Shown here piece after piece: positions 45,801-53,589 of a stretch of 64,000 nucleotides of DNA. The stretch is taken from positions 1 through 64,000 of the IMG/VR virus record IMGVR_UViG_3300046526_000553; one strand, given 5' to 3'. How positions within the stretch are numbered: the first letter of the stretch is position 1; every line of letters starts with the position of its first letter. The notes beneath the pieces were generated by a model that had not been told where the DNA came from, made no database searches, and was given only the letters and a program-made list of their open reading frames with translations. The position numbers were made by a program, and so were the translations under genes. The stretch is from a virus. Taxonomy: Duplodnaviria > Caudoviricetes.

Positions 45801-47289
45801 TTACGTTAACATTATAGTATGTATTATTATTTCCAAAAGCCAAGCCGGAATTACCATTGTTTATATTTATGTTTGAGGTACCAGCATTTAATGTAAAATT
45901 TGCAGTATTGCTAAATTGAACACCACTGTTACCATTAAAGTTAAAAGTAAGCGTTGATGAGCCTAGTGACAAATTACAGACAGCACTACCACTCGAAAAT
46001 ATACCGACTGCTATCAGATTAAAGTTACCAGTTGATAAACTGCCAGCTGTAAGCGTTAACTTTGATGAAACCATCGATATATTATCACCAAAAATCCAGG
46101 AGCCACCGACACCATTAAACGTCAATGTTGGCATTACGAGGCTACCTGAAGTTACTGTTTGCTGGGTTGCAGATGTTGAAACAAAATTGAATATTGATGT
46201 AGTCGTGCTTCCTATAGAAAATACCATGCCATGAGTATTATCTCCTTGAAAAGCAACATTATTATTTCCTGCGGTCGAGCTACCTATCGATAGTGTTATG
46301 CTAGATGGGAGAGTTAGTGTATTTCTGAATCCAAAACAATTCAAGCTATTGCATGGTGTATTCGTATCAATTGTCAAATTTCCGTAACTGTTCCAATCTA
46401 AGAAAACATCATCAGTGCTAACCGGCACACTTGCTCCAGGCGTTCCTCCAGAGGTGGTAGCCCACGATGATGTGCTGCTCCAGTTGCTACTTCCCGCCCC
46501 GACAAAATACCTACCGGGAGCCGTAGAAGTAGGGACAATAGGTGTAGCAGGAGTATATGGGTGATGTTCGGCTTTGGCAAAACGTCTTATCCAGGTTTTG
46601 CCGGGATTCATAATCCCAAATCCAGTGATTGGAGCTGCTATTGATGCTGGCGCAAAAGATGCCACAGATTGCGATATTTGGTTATTTACACTACCAGATG
46701 TTGTCCAGCCCATAGTTTGGTTTCCCGCAGGAGATACGGCAGCGTTTGTATCTTCCAGACCACCGATACCGGTTATTGATAATGTTACCAATCCTCTTTG
46801 TGTTTCATCGGCAGCCATGCTCCCAGCACCAGATAACGTAGCTGCAGATACCACCCAGCAATTGTCACTTACGGTATTCAAAGAAAGAGTTTGGTCTGCA
46901 TTACCACTACCAGTACCACCTGTTACTGCGTCAGCAGTATCGGATTGCTGAGCGCCAGTATACGAGACACTATTACCACATGCAGTTGGTGAAATACCAT
47001 TGAAAGTACAGTTTACACTGACTTGATTTGTGCCAGTTGCGGGAGCGTGTAAAAACCATATGCTCGTTTCTGATACATGAGAGCCCGTACTATTAGCATC
47101 AGAGCGAACCTTATTCATGCTGACACCGTTATATGTCACAGAGTCAGCAGTCGGAGGTGTTAAACCAGCATTTGTTAAATGAACCGAAACTATTAATAAT
47201 ACATTAGAGCCAGTGCATGTATGGTTCCATGTTATTGGGCTAGAGGTTTGGCTGGTGGATGATGCGGTGGCGTCAAGAGAGATAGCCAT
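39850..47289 (-). CDS. Giant 2479-aa Ser/Thr/Gly-rich fibre/adhesin-like protein with tandem ~21-aa repeats
   Basis: Beta-sandwich and beta-helix-like N-terminal half; dozens of (L/F)TA(T/A)LSF(T/S/V)G repeats with inserted domains. Confidence 0.85.
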   Translation of the reverse strand: MAISLDATASSTSQTSSPITWNHTCTGSNVLLIVSVHLTNAGLTPPTADSVTYNGVSMNKVRSDANSTGSHVSETSIWFLHAPATGTNQVSVNCTFNGISPTACGNSVSYTGAQQSDTADAVTGGTGSGNADQTLSLNTVSDNCWVVSAATLSGAGSMAADETQRGLVTLSITGIGGLEDTNAAVSPAGNQTMGWTTSGSVNNQISQSVASFAPASIAAPITGFGIMNPGKTWIRRFAKAEHHPYTPATPIVPTSTAPGRYFVGAGSSNWSSTSSWATTSGGTPGASVPVSTDDVFLDWNSYGNLTIDTNTPCNSLNCFGFRNTLTLPSSITLSIGSSTAGNNNVAFQGDNTHGMVFSIGSTTTSIFNFVSTSATQQTVTSGSLVMPTLTFNGVGGSWIFGDNISMVSSKLTLTAGSLSTGNFNLIAVGIFSSGSAVCNLSLGSSTLTFNFNGNSGVQFSNTANFTLNAGTSNININNGNSGLAFGNNNTYYNVNVIYSNGSSTISGTGSSFNNLTLSGGNQARLMMGDSFIVTGLLTIGSSSVATPSINVPICASITSGTQRTLTVSNTPTIGNVILKDIAISGSGTPYATTFTGDGGNNSGMTLSSPRTLYWVNNSTTYASTSTWSLISSSGATGNNPPMPQDTIIIDSGSITSSSKTMTIGWQGVPTLDFSNVLNNPTVAFTNTNGFNVFFGDLILKSGMTASGTTSLAFLNDSVDQSINTNGVSITSAVGLIDKSSSSLKLASNLTTTAACNFSTLMGSTSNTNNIGTFDANGFNFTASTFTSNSSLTRTINMGAGTWTLTGTGVVWSTTTGTNLTLNVGTSILAITDTSSSAKSIGRATNQPLYDVTVSGGTGIVSFTTASTSTIHTLNATAAAFIRFNAPATYIFTGNFPSGTSGYTVTIDSNTPGTGATLSFTGTGLINCDYLSLKDSLPNATKTWFAGHNSTLVSNTGNWILGTGFTGSNAGALSFAGANAKADRKLLSGVLSFVGSIISRAIVHILAAILSFVGLNVRTLTKGLAAATLSFTSTFIKSLAKKLASATLSFVGNLASIYRRLKSLTGILNLSVSTGTPSPTLLQTASGNNGAGSSSVSATFASNTTSGSLYVIVVYYLQSSAAVSSASDTEGGNTYSFIYKDHKHATSNIVVDFAYAPNVTGGTTNTITVSFSFGVVAAIIVREYAGLSSAPLDVKQINDNGTTTSPTSNATATTSQASELVVGMIGFATATSSVTVSAGAGYGNIVTKRDSETGSQQVAMEDNIVSSIGAQTATFGISSLTGTSVVAVATFTTPASGANGFIKQTSHNITGTLAFVGSLVKRLVKGLVAASLSFAGAISTGRAYLKALVGILSFIVDKTASISRITGQDASNGASASSTSVSYPGATTTNNLLIAAVSSLGNTGQVPTVTTAGWNLAIAGGASIGANNQVALYYKIADGTETTVNASVGGAVNAIGISIFEYTGNVTTSITDGTAAVNTSNGSLVTTKITPNITTTNANDLIFYFIGKGTASPGVITWSSGATVFGYTGTSFMETICGQLIASTTQTNYNDTASWTGGGQTVSSAIVAFKAGAGTTGFIKATNHKIVAILSFVGSNIRALTHALAATLSFVGSTFKKFIHSFSGVLNVTATTHPGSISRITSQDATGNAGSTSVTVAYPGATTPGNLLIAAFLTNSNVLNNSITGWTKLIEGTATGVNGDISIHYKIATGSETNITGTNTNGGISVLDIFEYTGNGNPILLDGTAAAQNTASSVTIYTTPLITTSYTNDLVFSLMSAGGLSAPSWATNTLIGTNINGFNRNFFCGEYLSTTTLTNFTDTANWTGSNSAGSLVAAFQAAPSAVSFKKSTNHRITAAVSFVGALISRINQKFFTAALSFSGAITRNITRAFTGAVSFAGSLPKKWIHGMLSSLSFSGLATHPGTSFSNLTAALSFHGVFGRNFSRAFTAVLNFTIIFIRPITTALTATLNFINYTFGSGMFGSGGNQFGVGTIDDLLKQTNRKFTATVNMSGSLIKIITHKFIATLSFVGALLSRNIARALTGALSFVGAIIISVPTTHILTGTLSFSGSFTKRARPFLTATLSFSGSITRFLVRGLLSMLSFSGSFVRNLTHHFTATLSFVGILLKTTIRAIFAATLSFTGVFVKSSIKIFAATLNFTTASLRSMVHGFTAALNFVGIFIKTAMPKALTATLSFTGVFLGGGQLLQTLTGTLSFTGKQVRAIVHRFTAALSPVGTLVISSFHSMFVSLTGSLTFAGTTAKKTVRALPVAVLSFAGMFTKTAKKTFAATLNLTIASFVHQIGKPLAAVLSFTGTFVKSIQYPLSAALTFAGSFLRAIRKSAMTAALSFAGTFIGGGQLLASLTSTLSFTGVFRKSAIRLFAATLSFTTSLIRRLTNAFQAGLSFSGRTTRAITHRLVSAVLSFAGAVAGGHPKFGNFGAQLTFSTNFFKSLIRFRFPPRHINISMIRASIDNIVIFIKRRPK
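40703..40895. repeat. Exact 28-bp direct repeat within the repeat array
   Basis: AATACTCCCGTAAAGCTAAGCGTGGCAG at 40703-40730 and 40868-40895. Confidence 0.9.
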
Positions 47290-47388
47290 GAGGAATTATC
47301 TCCCTCCGGCTACTTCATACCGTAGCTAGTTAAATGGCTAGTATAACTTTGGAAAAGCTCGAATATCTTAGGGAATATGCTTATCATT

Positions 47389-47967
47389 TTAATTTTCACC
47401 ATACAACTTGATAGTTTCCATCTGGATAAGATTAGCACCATTAGATGTTCCACAAGCTACGCTTACAAATAAGTAATATGTGACAGAATTATCTACTGTA
47501 GTTACCGTGAAAGCCGTGTTGTCTGTAGGAATTGTGCCCGCGAATGGAGATGCCAATGCAGTAGGTCCACTAACTTTCCCCAAACAAGCGACCGTGCTAG
47601 CCCCACCAATAGATAATGTCTTTAGGGTTATTTCGGCATCCATCTCCCAAACAGCTAATGTTTTAGTTGTACCACCTGTTAGAGCTGCCGTAGAGCCCAA
47701 TAGGATACCCGCAGCTGACCAAGTTGTGGAGGTAAGAAGCCTAATCGACCACGTGAATGTCGGGGCACTCGTCGTACCTAATCTTCCCTGGGCATGTAAT
47801 CGTAGAGCTTTAAATTGTTGACTTGGATTTAAGAAAAAACCAGCTGGAATAATTACCGGTGGATAGGTTTTCTGTAAATTATCTTCAGTGGTAAATGTAT
47901 TTAACTGTGTGCTGGTGGCTACATAGTCATATATTATTTCTGATTGGGTTCCCGTCAAGAAGGACAC
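47389..47967 (-). CDS. Putative virion structural protein
   Basis: GTG start with AGGAG; Thr-rich beta protein. Confidence 0.7.
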   Translation of the reverse strand: MSFLTGTQSEIIYDYVATSTQLNTFTTEDNLQKTYPPVIIPAGFFLNPSQQFKALRLHAQGRLGTTSAPTFTWSIRLLTSTTWSAAGILLGSTAALTGGTTKTLAVWEMDAEITLKTLSIGGASTVACLGKVSGPTALASPFAGTIPTDNTAFTVTTVDNSVTYYLFVSVACGTSNGANLIQMETIKLYGEN

Positions 47968-47992
47968 TGGTAAACTCTCCTATTATGTTTTC

Positions 47993-48022
47993 ATTGTTAC
48001 AGATAAGAACTGTACCTGACAA
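47993..48022 (-). promoter_or_regulatory. 18-bp-spacer promoter TTGTCA-N18-AACAAT
   Basis: Direct reading. Confidence 0.55.
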
Positions 48023-48028
48023 TAAGTA

Positions 48029-49258
48029 TCATCTAATAAGCTGAAAAAAATCTCCAGTGGTAGGACTTGAAACTGGAATATATTGCAAGACCCCCATATG
48101 AACACCGTTAGTATCAGGAGCCGGAGTACCAGTCTCAGACGATTGTAGACTTATTAAACTTGTTTGTCCTAGCCCGACAGTTTGACCCGTTATATTTCCC
48201 GTAACTGCTGCACCAGTGAACGAAACATTAAGGTCAGAATTAACTCCATTCCTACGGATATTAAATGTTCTGGTAGTCACACCGCCTGGAGCAGTACCAA
48301 GCAATACGTAAAATGATTTCAACATACATGCACCAGGGATGACTTGACGACTAGCTTCTGATGTATAGCTGCCGCCTCCATTGCCCAGAGGAAACTCATA
48401 AACAGTGGAAGTAGTTGACGGTGCAGTAGATGTCCCAAACCCAAAGAAAGTCTCACCAACATTAGTTGGTGTAAATTGTAATGCCCATGAAATATTCCTA
48501 CTAGTTGGCGTACCAGTTGGTGTGGCAGCCATAGATAAAGTGTCTCCAGCAGCTACGGTAATAGAATGAGTAATATCGTTGGCAGTCGTTGCTGAAGCGC
48601 CAGATATTGAAGCTGATAAGGCAGTGACAGTACCATTTTGTGTCAACCCCATTGCCCAAGTATTATTAGTGCCAGCTACCCCATTAGCCTTAACGTATAA
48701 ATTATTTAGGGTTCCTGCGCAAGGGCAAACCATTGTTACTAAAGCTTCGGCTGTGTTAAACTGTGTCCCTGTGGATGAGCCTGTCAATTGTGCATACGTT
48801 ACCGAAGCTGTTGAGAGCCCAGTACTTGAATGATTTCCCCCCACTATTGGAGAGAAATGAGTTCCGCCAGAATTGCATTGTAAATTCCAACTTGTAAGTG
48901 TTGGTGCGGTCGGTGTTCCTGTTGGCGTAATGCCTATAGTAATTAGGTCCCCAGCTGCGAAACTTATTCCCGCACCGTTATATGTACCACTTGTGGCTGT
49001 TTCAAAGATTGTTATGGTAGCAGCCGTATCTACTTGATTCTTGCGTATAGTAAAAACATACTGTTTACCCGAGCTGGCAGCCCCTGGTGCAGTGTTAACT
49101 GTTACATAAAAATTACTGACCGTAAAAGCCGCTGGTAATAGTTGAAATCTAGAAGTTTCGGTAGCAGTCGGGGTGTCATTAACAGAAAGTACTGGAATAT
49201 AATTCACGGCTGATGTTGATGGTAAGCCACTGGTTGAACCGAATAAATTTGCGAGCAT
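48029..49258 (-). CDS. Putative virion protein with three tandem jelly-roll repeats
   Basis: 3x P.A..(V/L).(N/S)(F/L)YV...APG....F...NG...AGD.(I/L) units. Confidence 0.7.
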   Translation of the reverse strand: MLANLFGSTSGLPSTSAVNYIPVLSVNDTPTATETSRFQLLPAAFTVSNFYVTVNTAPGAASSGKQYVFTIRKNQVDTAATITIFETATSGTYNGAGISFAAGDLITIGITPTGTPTAPTLTSWNLQCNSGGTHFSPIVGGNHSSTGLSTASVTYAQLTGSSTGTQFNTAEALVTMVCPCAGTLNNLYVKANGVAGTNNTWAMGLTQNGTVTALSASISGASATTANDITHSITVAAGDTLSMAATPTGTPTSRNISWALQFTPTNVGETFFGFGTSTAPSTTSTVYEFPLGNGGGSYTSEASRQVIPGACMLKSFYVLLGTAPGGVTTRTFNIRRNGVNSDLNVSFTGAAVTGNITGQTVGLGQTSLISLQSSETGTPAPDTNGVHMGVLQYIPVSSPTTGDFFQLIR

Positions 49259-51025
49259 TCAGATTACCGCTACACAGCGCCAAGCATTAGAGACCGTGTT
49301 CCATGCGAAACCAACATCAAGACGGCTTGTACCAGATGTTGTGGTAGGTAAAGTTGCAGTGCTGCTTTCAAAACTCGCTCCCCAGGTAATCGCTCGTGAG
49401 GCAGTTCCAGTAATGGCTATCCACAATGGTTGGTTTTCAGTCGGGGTACCAGTCAAATTGGTCGTGAAAGATGTTACATCGACTGCTTGAGCCGTTAATG
49501 AATAGAAATCAACATTATCTGTATTTATCGTTGGTGTAGCACTTGATGTTGTCGTGCCTGTACGTTTGGTAACTCGTTTATTGGTTAATTTTTGAGTATC
49601 ATTAATGCCAACATAAGTGCTGGTCGGTGAATCATAGCCAATATTGCCATTGCTATTTTGGATAGTACCGCTATTTGGCAAAGAAACCGACCCATAGCTA
49701 CCAGTTGAAACGACAATATAGTTATCTTTAAGTGACTGGACTTGAGCAGCACTTATACGCACAGCCCCAGAAGTACCTGCAGTCGTATTATCTCCAACAT
49801 AATTATTCTCTATATAGATATTCTTTATGGCGGTCGGTTCAGTAGTATCTCCGAAGAAACCTATAGCACCTTCAATAGACCCTATCCATGAATAAATCGC
49901 ATTATCACGGACAAAAATATATTGGATATCCAAAGTAACGCCAGATGATGTATTTGGACCGATTCTGATAGGAGCTTTCAGGCAATTGTAGAACTTATTA
50001 TTTGAAATGGTTATATATTTGAAGTTCATATTAACACTTGTTGAAGTAATACTTTTTATGCCATAAAACACATTTGTGAATGTATTACCTGAAAAATCCA
50101 AATTATATGAATTGGGATGTAGCAGGGTATGACCGTCTCGACCAACATTATCATCTTGAAAATCTATGCCATCACCTTGCCCCGTATCATAAAGGGTTAT
50201 ATTGTTGTTGCAAACCTTTGAATTAATTGTATTCCTAATATCAAGCGCAGTAGCATTTGGAATAGTGGTGCTGGTAAAAGTGTTATTCATTATATCTATC
50301 TGGTCGCAGTTTGCGGTATGTACTGCACCCTGACTCCAATTGAGATGAATATTTTCACTGTACCGGCAATTTACATTAAAACTATAGAATGAGACTTCAC
50401 GAGTACTTGAGGTGGCGTTGTTTTCAAACTTATTATGATGGAAAAAACTATCTCGCACATTTGGTAGTAATATTACCTCAAAAGTACCGCAGGATAAATT
50501 ATAAAATAAATTATTGTAAACATGGCAATTATACGAAGCTGACCCAGGAAGGTCTGCATCAACGACATTACCGAAACGCAACGCCCAATGAGAATGAGAA
50601 TTATCGCATCCCATATTTAGAAACTCGCAGTCGTGGATTTCTATTTCTTGAACAGTAGTAGCACAGTTAATCAAACCCTTCATTGCCGATTGTGCATCAA
50701 GAGTGACATGACATACTTCAAAGTTAAGAAGTGTGCCACTACCGGAAGTAATCATATTTGATGCAGCGGGTGTGGTAGTGAAATTAAATAAAGTTTTTTG
50801 TTTGCCCGCACCAACCAAAGAAACATAGCTTTTAGGTGTAATTGTATTATTGAGTATATATGTGCCTTCCCTAAATTGGACGATTCCACCACCACCAGCA
50901 TTCACGGCTGTTACTGCGGCATTGATTTCTACATCATCATTTGTGCCATCACAGATATAGTCAGCTTCTTGCCCCGTTACTCCAACCGTTAGTTTCACAT
51001 TTCGACTTTTAGTTTTATATGACAT
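49259..51025 (-). CDS. Right-handed beta-helix (tailspike/depolymerase-like) protein
   Basis: ADYICDGT.DDVEINAA....GGG.V...EGTY; Asn-ladder I.NN.F repeats. Confidence 0.8.
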   Translation of the reverse strand: MSYKTKSRNVKLTVGVTGQEADYICDGTNDDVEINAAVTAVNAGGGGIVQFREGTYILNNTITPKSYVSLVGAGKQKTLFNFTTTPAASNMITSGSGTLLNFEVCHVTLDAQSAMKGLINCATTVQEIEIHDCEFLNMGCDNSHSHWALRFGNVVDADLPGSASYNCHVYNNLFYNLSCGTFEVILLPNVRDSFFHHNKFENNATSSTREVSFYSFNVNCRYSENIHLNWSQGAVHTANCDQIDIMNNTFTSTTIPNATALDIRNTINSKVCNNNITLYDTGQGDGIDFQDDNVGRDGHTLLHPNSYNLDFSGNTFTNVFYGIKSITSTSVNMNFKYITISNNKFYNCLKAPIRIGPNTSSGVTLDIQYIFVRDNAIYSWIGSIEGAIGFFGDTTEPTAIKNIYIENNYVGDNTTAGTSGAVRISAAQVQSLKDNYIVVSTGSYGSVSLPNSGTIQNSNGNIGYDSPTSTYVGINDTQKLTNKRVTKRTGTTTSSATPTINTDNVDFYSLTAQAVDVTSFTTNLTGTPTENQPLWIAITGTASRAITWGASFESSTATLPTTTSGTSRLDVGFAWNTVSNAWRCVAVI

Positions 51026-51042
51026 TATACTTCATCACCTCT

Positions 51043-53589
51043 CTAAACTATTTTCCAGTTAGCATTATCACTGATGACAGTTATGCTGTCGTATTGCACC
51101 CCCATCACCTGCGTAGTAGCTCCGTCAATTGTCTGAGAGGATGTCGTTGCTACCGTGATAGTGCCCGTTCCCGAATTCTTAATTGTGTATTGTCTTCCAG
51201 TTATCCCAATTGCCGTAGGCAGTGTAACGGTGAAGGTTCCTGACGTGCAGTCTATTATTGAATCACCGAGGGCAACAGAATATGTAGTAGTAACAGCTGT
51301 GTAAGCTGTCGCTATCGAGCCACCGAATATCGTCGGGTTATCTACCGGGGTTCCACTGGTCTGGAAGTTATTGGTGACAACGTCTGTCAATGCTAAAGGA
51401 GTTGTAGACACAGTGCCATTATTAAGACTGTTCTGAATGATGGGCTCTAATATACCGGTATTACCCGAAATGATATGCTGATATCTTGAATCTAAATAAA
51501 AGGTAGCTACGCTAGGTCCGGAACCCATAATCGTATTATTCTTAAATACATTAGGAACTAGCGAGTAACCACCCGCCCCCAGTTCGTCAAAGATATATGA
51601 TAAGCCATTATTTGTATTATTCGTTGTCGGGGCAACTATACCTAGCCCTGAATCAGCCAAATTATCTGTATATGTGGTTGAACTATTGTTCCTAATAGTA
51701 AATATATATGCCTGTGTTCCGTTTACACCTCCGGCAGCAGTTCTGTAGACATTTCTAAAAACTGTGCCAGCTGGCCCTAATGGGATATTGGTCAGATTAA
51801 CCTGTTGATTCACGGGTGATACCGAATTTGATGCAGAACTGGCAGCCGTTTCATTACCCATCGGTGTTACAAATGTAATCTTATATGTATACGCTCCATT
51901 CAAATTGCCTGCGGTTGCATTAATTGCAGCCGTCGGAGCTGAAGCCGGATTTGTTAATGGGTTATCGTTATATATAAAATTATCTTGATAAACATTACCG
52001 CCATCCTCTATCTGAAAAATTGCAAGCTCACCGGCAGATGAAGCTAATCTTGGATTCATGCCACAGTTGATAAATGAATTTCCTATATATGATGAAGCCA
52101 CGTGCCAACCATAGCCACCCATGAAAGTGCCATGGTCGAAGTTGAAGAATAAGTTGTTGGAATATATACCTGCAGTATGACCGTCAGGGTCTGAAAAACG
52201 GTGGCAATTCATGGCACTATTATTCGAGAATATCCAGCCACGAGATTCTGCGCTTGACGGGTCTTTTGGTGTGCCAGTATTAGATAGCCCAGGTGCTATT
52301 ACAGTACAACTATATTTGAATGTACAACTATCAACAATAAACCCATCTGAATGATATACTGTCATGTTATAATATTGACCAATCGCATTGTTGGCTTGTA
52401 ACGGCCAGCTTGTCGGTAATGATTCAAAATTACAATTAGTAATCTTTAAGCCATCCCATCCAGCAGCTACACTATCACTAATGTCCGCCAATGAGCTTCC
52501 GAAATAATTATTAGCATATGTACCAACTGTATTATAAAAATCACAATTATCGATTACCCAATCACGCCTTAGACGAGCTGGAGTACCACCTACAGTTTGG
52601 ATGGTATTTCCAAATGTATTTTTAAATGTACAGCTTAATATTCGTACATTACTAATATTGTAGGAAGTAAATAGTATTGAATTAGCCGTTACATTACTAG
52701 AATTTGTGCTTACAGCATCCCTGAAAATACAATTGCTAATTCTAAGGTCACTCAAAGCCCCAGATACACCTGAATACTGTCCATTAATTCTGAGCGAGCC
52801 TGTTGAGCCTGTGTTATCTGGCCCCCTGTTATAAAATTCACACTTCTCAACTACTAAATTTGTAGCGGTATTTGCAGCAGACGTAGGCGCTTGCCAGTGG
52901 ATTCCGATTGTACCCATGTAATTATGGTTTATGGATAAGTTGCTTACACTAATATTGCTCACAGGAGTCGTACCGTCAGGAGAACGGAAAGATAAGATTC
53001 CAAAATTTGTATTTTCCCCACCAGGCGAACCATCATAACAACTTACCATTACGCTACTTTGTATGCCCGCACCAGTTACATTGACCTTGCTATAGTTAGC
53101 TAAGATATGGGCACCAATACCATAGAAACCGGGAGGTAAGTAAACTTGACCACCCTGTGCTTGACCTGCAGCAATAATAGCATTTGTTATAGCCGTTTTA
53201 TCATTTGTTGCTACGAATACTTGGGCACCCGAAACGGTATTGGCGGCAGTTGCAGCTAAAGTCGCTGATGTACCTGAGCCAACAGAAGATATTGTTGTTA
53301 ATAACATATTAGATGTGCCCACGGCACCAGCTCCAAATACGGTCACTAGTTTACCCACATCACCGCTCGTAAATGCAGCAGTAGAACTTGTTAGTGTAGC
53401 TGATGCACTCGTCATAGCTCCATCATTTACGGTTCTGCCATCTGCCTTGGCACCATAATCCATGACGTTATAAACAACCGGTAAGCTTGCATTTATTAGC
53501 TTTCTTCCAGCTATATCTAAAGTGGATGACCCTGTTGGGCTGGAAACTTTATCTGCCTTGATTTCACTGTCGCCAAAGTATAATGCCAT
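51043..53589 (-). CDS. Beta-helix (pectate-lyase-3-like) spike protein with FN3-like insert
   Basis: YNVMDYGAKADG, GG.VYLP.G.Y; YKITFV..GNET..S. Confidence 0.8.
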   Translation of the reverse strand: MALYFGDSEIKADKVSSPTGSSTLDIAGRKLINASLPVVYNVMDYGAKADGRTVNDGAMTSASATLTSSTAAFTSGDVGKLVTVFGAGAVGTSNMLLTTISSVGSGTSATLAATAANTVSGAQVFVATNDKTAITNAIIAAGQAQGGQVYLPPGFYGIGAHILANYSKVNVTGAGIQSSVMVSCYDGSPGGENTNFGILSFRSPDGTTPVSNISVSNLSINHNYMGTIGIHWQAPTSAANTATNLVVEKCEFYNRGPDNTGSTGSLRINGQYSGVSGALSDLRISNCIFRDAVSTNSSNVTANSILFTSYNISNVRILSCTFKNTFGNTIQTVGGTPARLRRDWVIDNCDFYNTVGTYANNYFGSSLADISDSVAAGWDGLKITNCNFESLPTSWPLQANNAIGQYYNMTVYHSDGFIVDSCTFKYSCTVIAPGLSNTGTPKDPSSAESRGWIFSNNSAMNCHRFSDPDGHTAGIYSNNLFFNFDHGTFMGGYGWHVASSYIGNSFINCGMNPRLASSAGELAIFQIEDGGNVYQDNFIYNDNPLTNPASAPTAAINATAGNLNGAYTYKITFVTPMGNETAASSASNSVSPVNQQVNLTNIPLGPAGTVFRNVYRTAAGGVNGTQAYIFTIRNNSSTTYTDNLADSGLGIVAPTTNNTNNGLSYIFDELGAGGYSLVPNVFKNNTIMGSGPSVATFYLDSRYQHIISGNTGILEPIIQNSLNNGTVSTTPLALTDVVTNNFQTSGTPVDNPTIFGGSIATAYTAVTTTYSVALGDSIIDCTSGTFTVTLPTAIGITGRQYTIKNSGTGTITVATTSSQTIDGATTQVMGVQYDSITVISDNANWKIV

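Noticed and set aside
40433-46951. Many + strand ORFs opposite the giant gene; similar ones opposite the TMP, capsid, portal and groEL
   Set aside because: Antisense shadows of real genes caused by codon bias.
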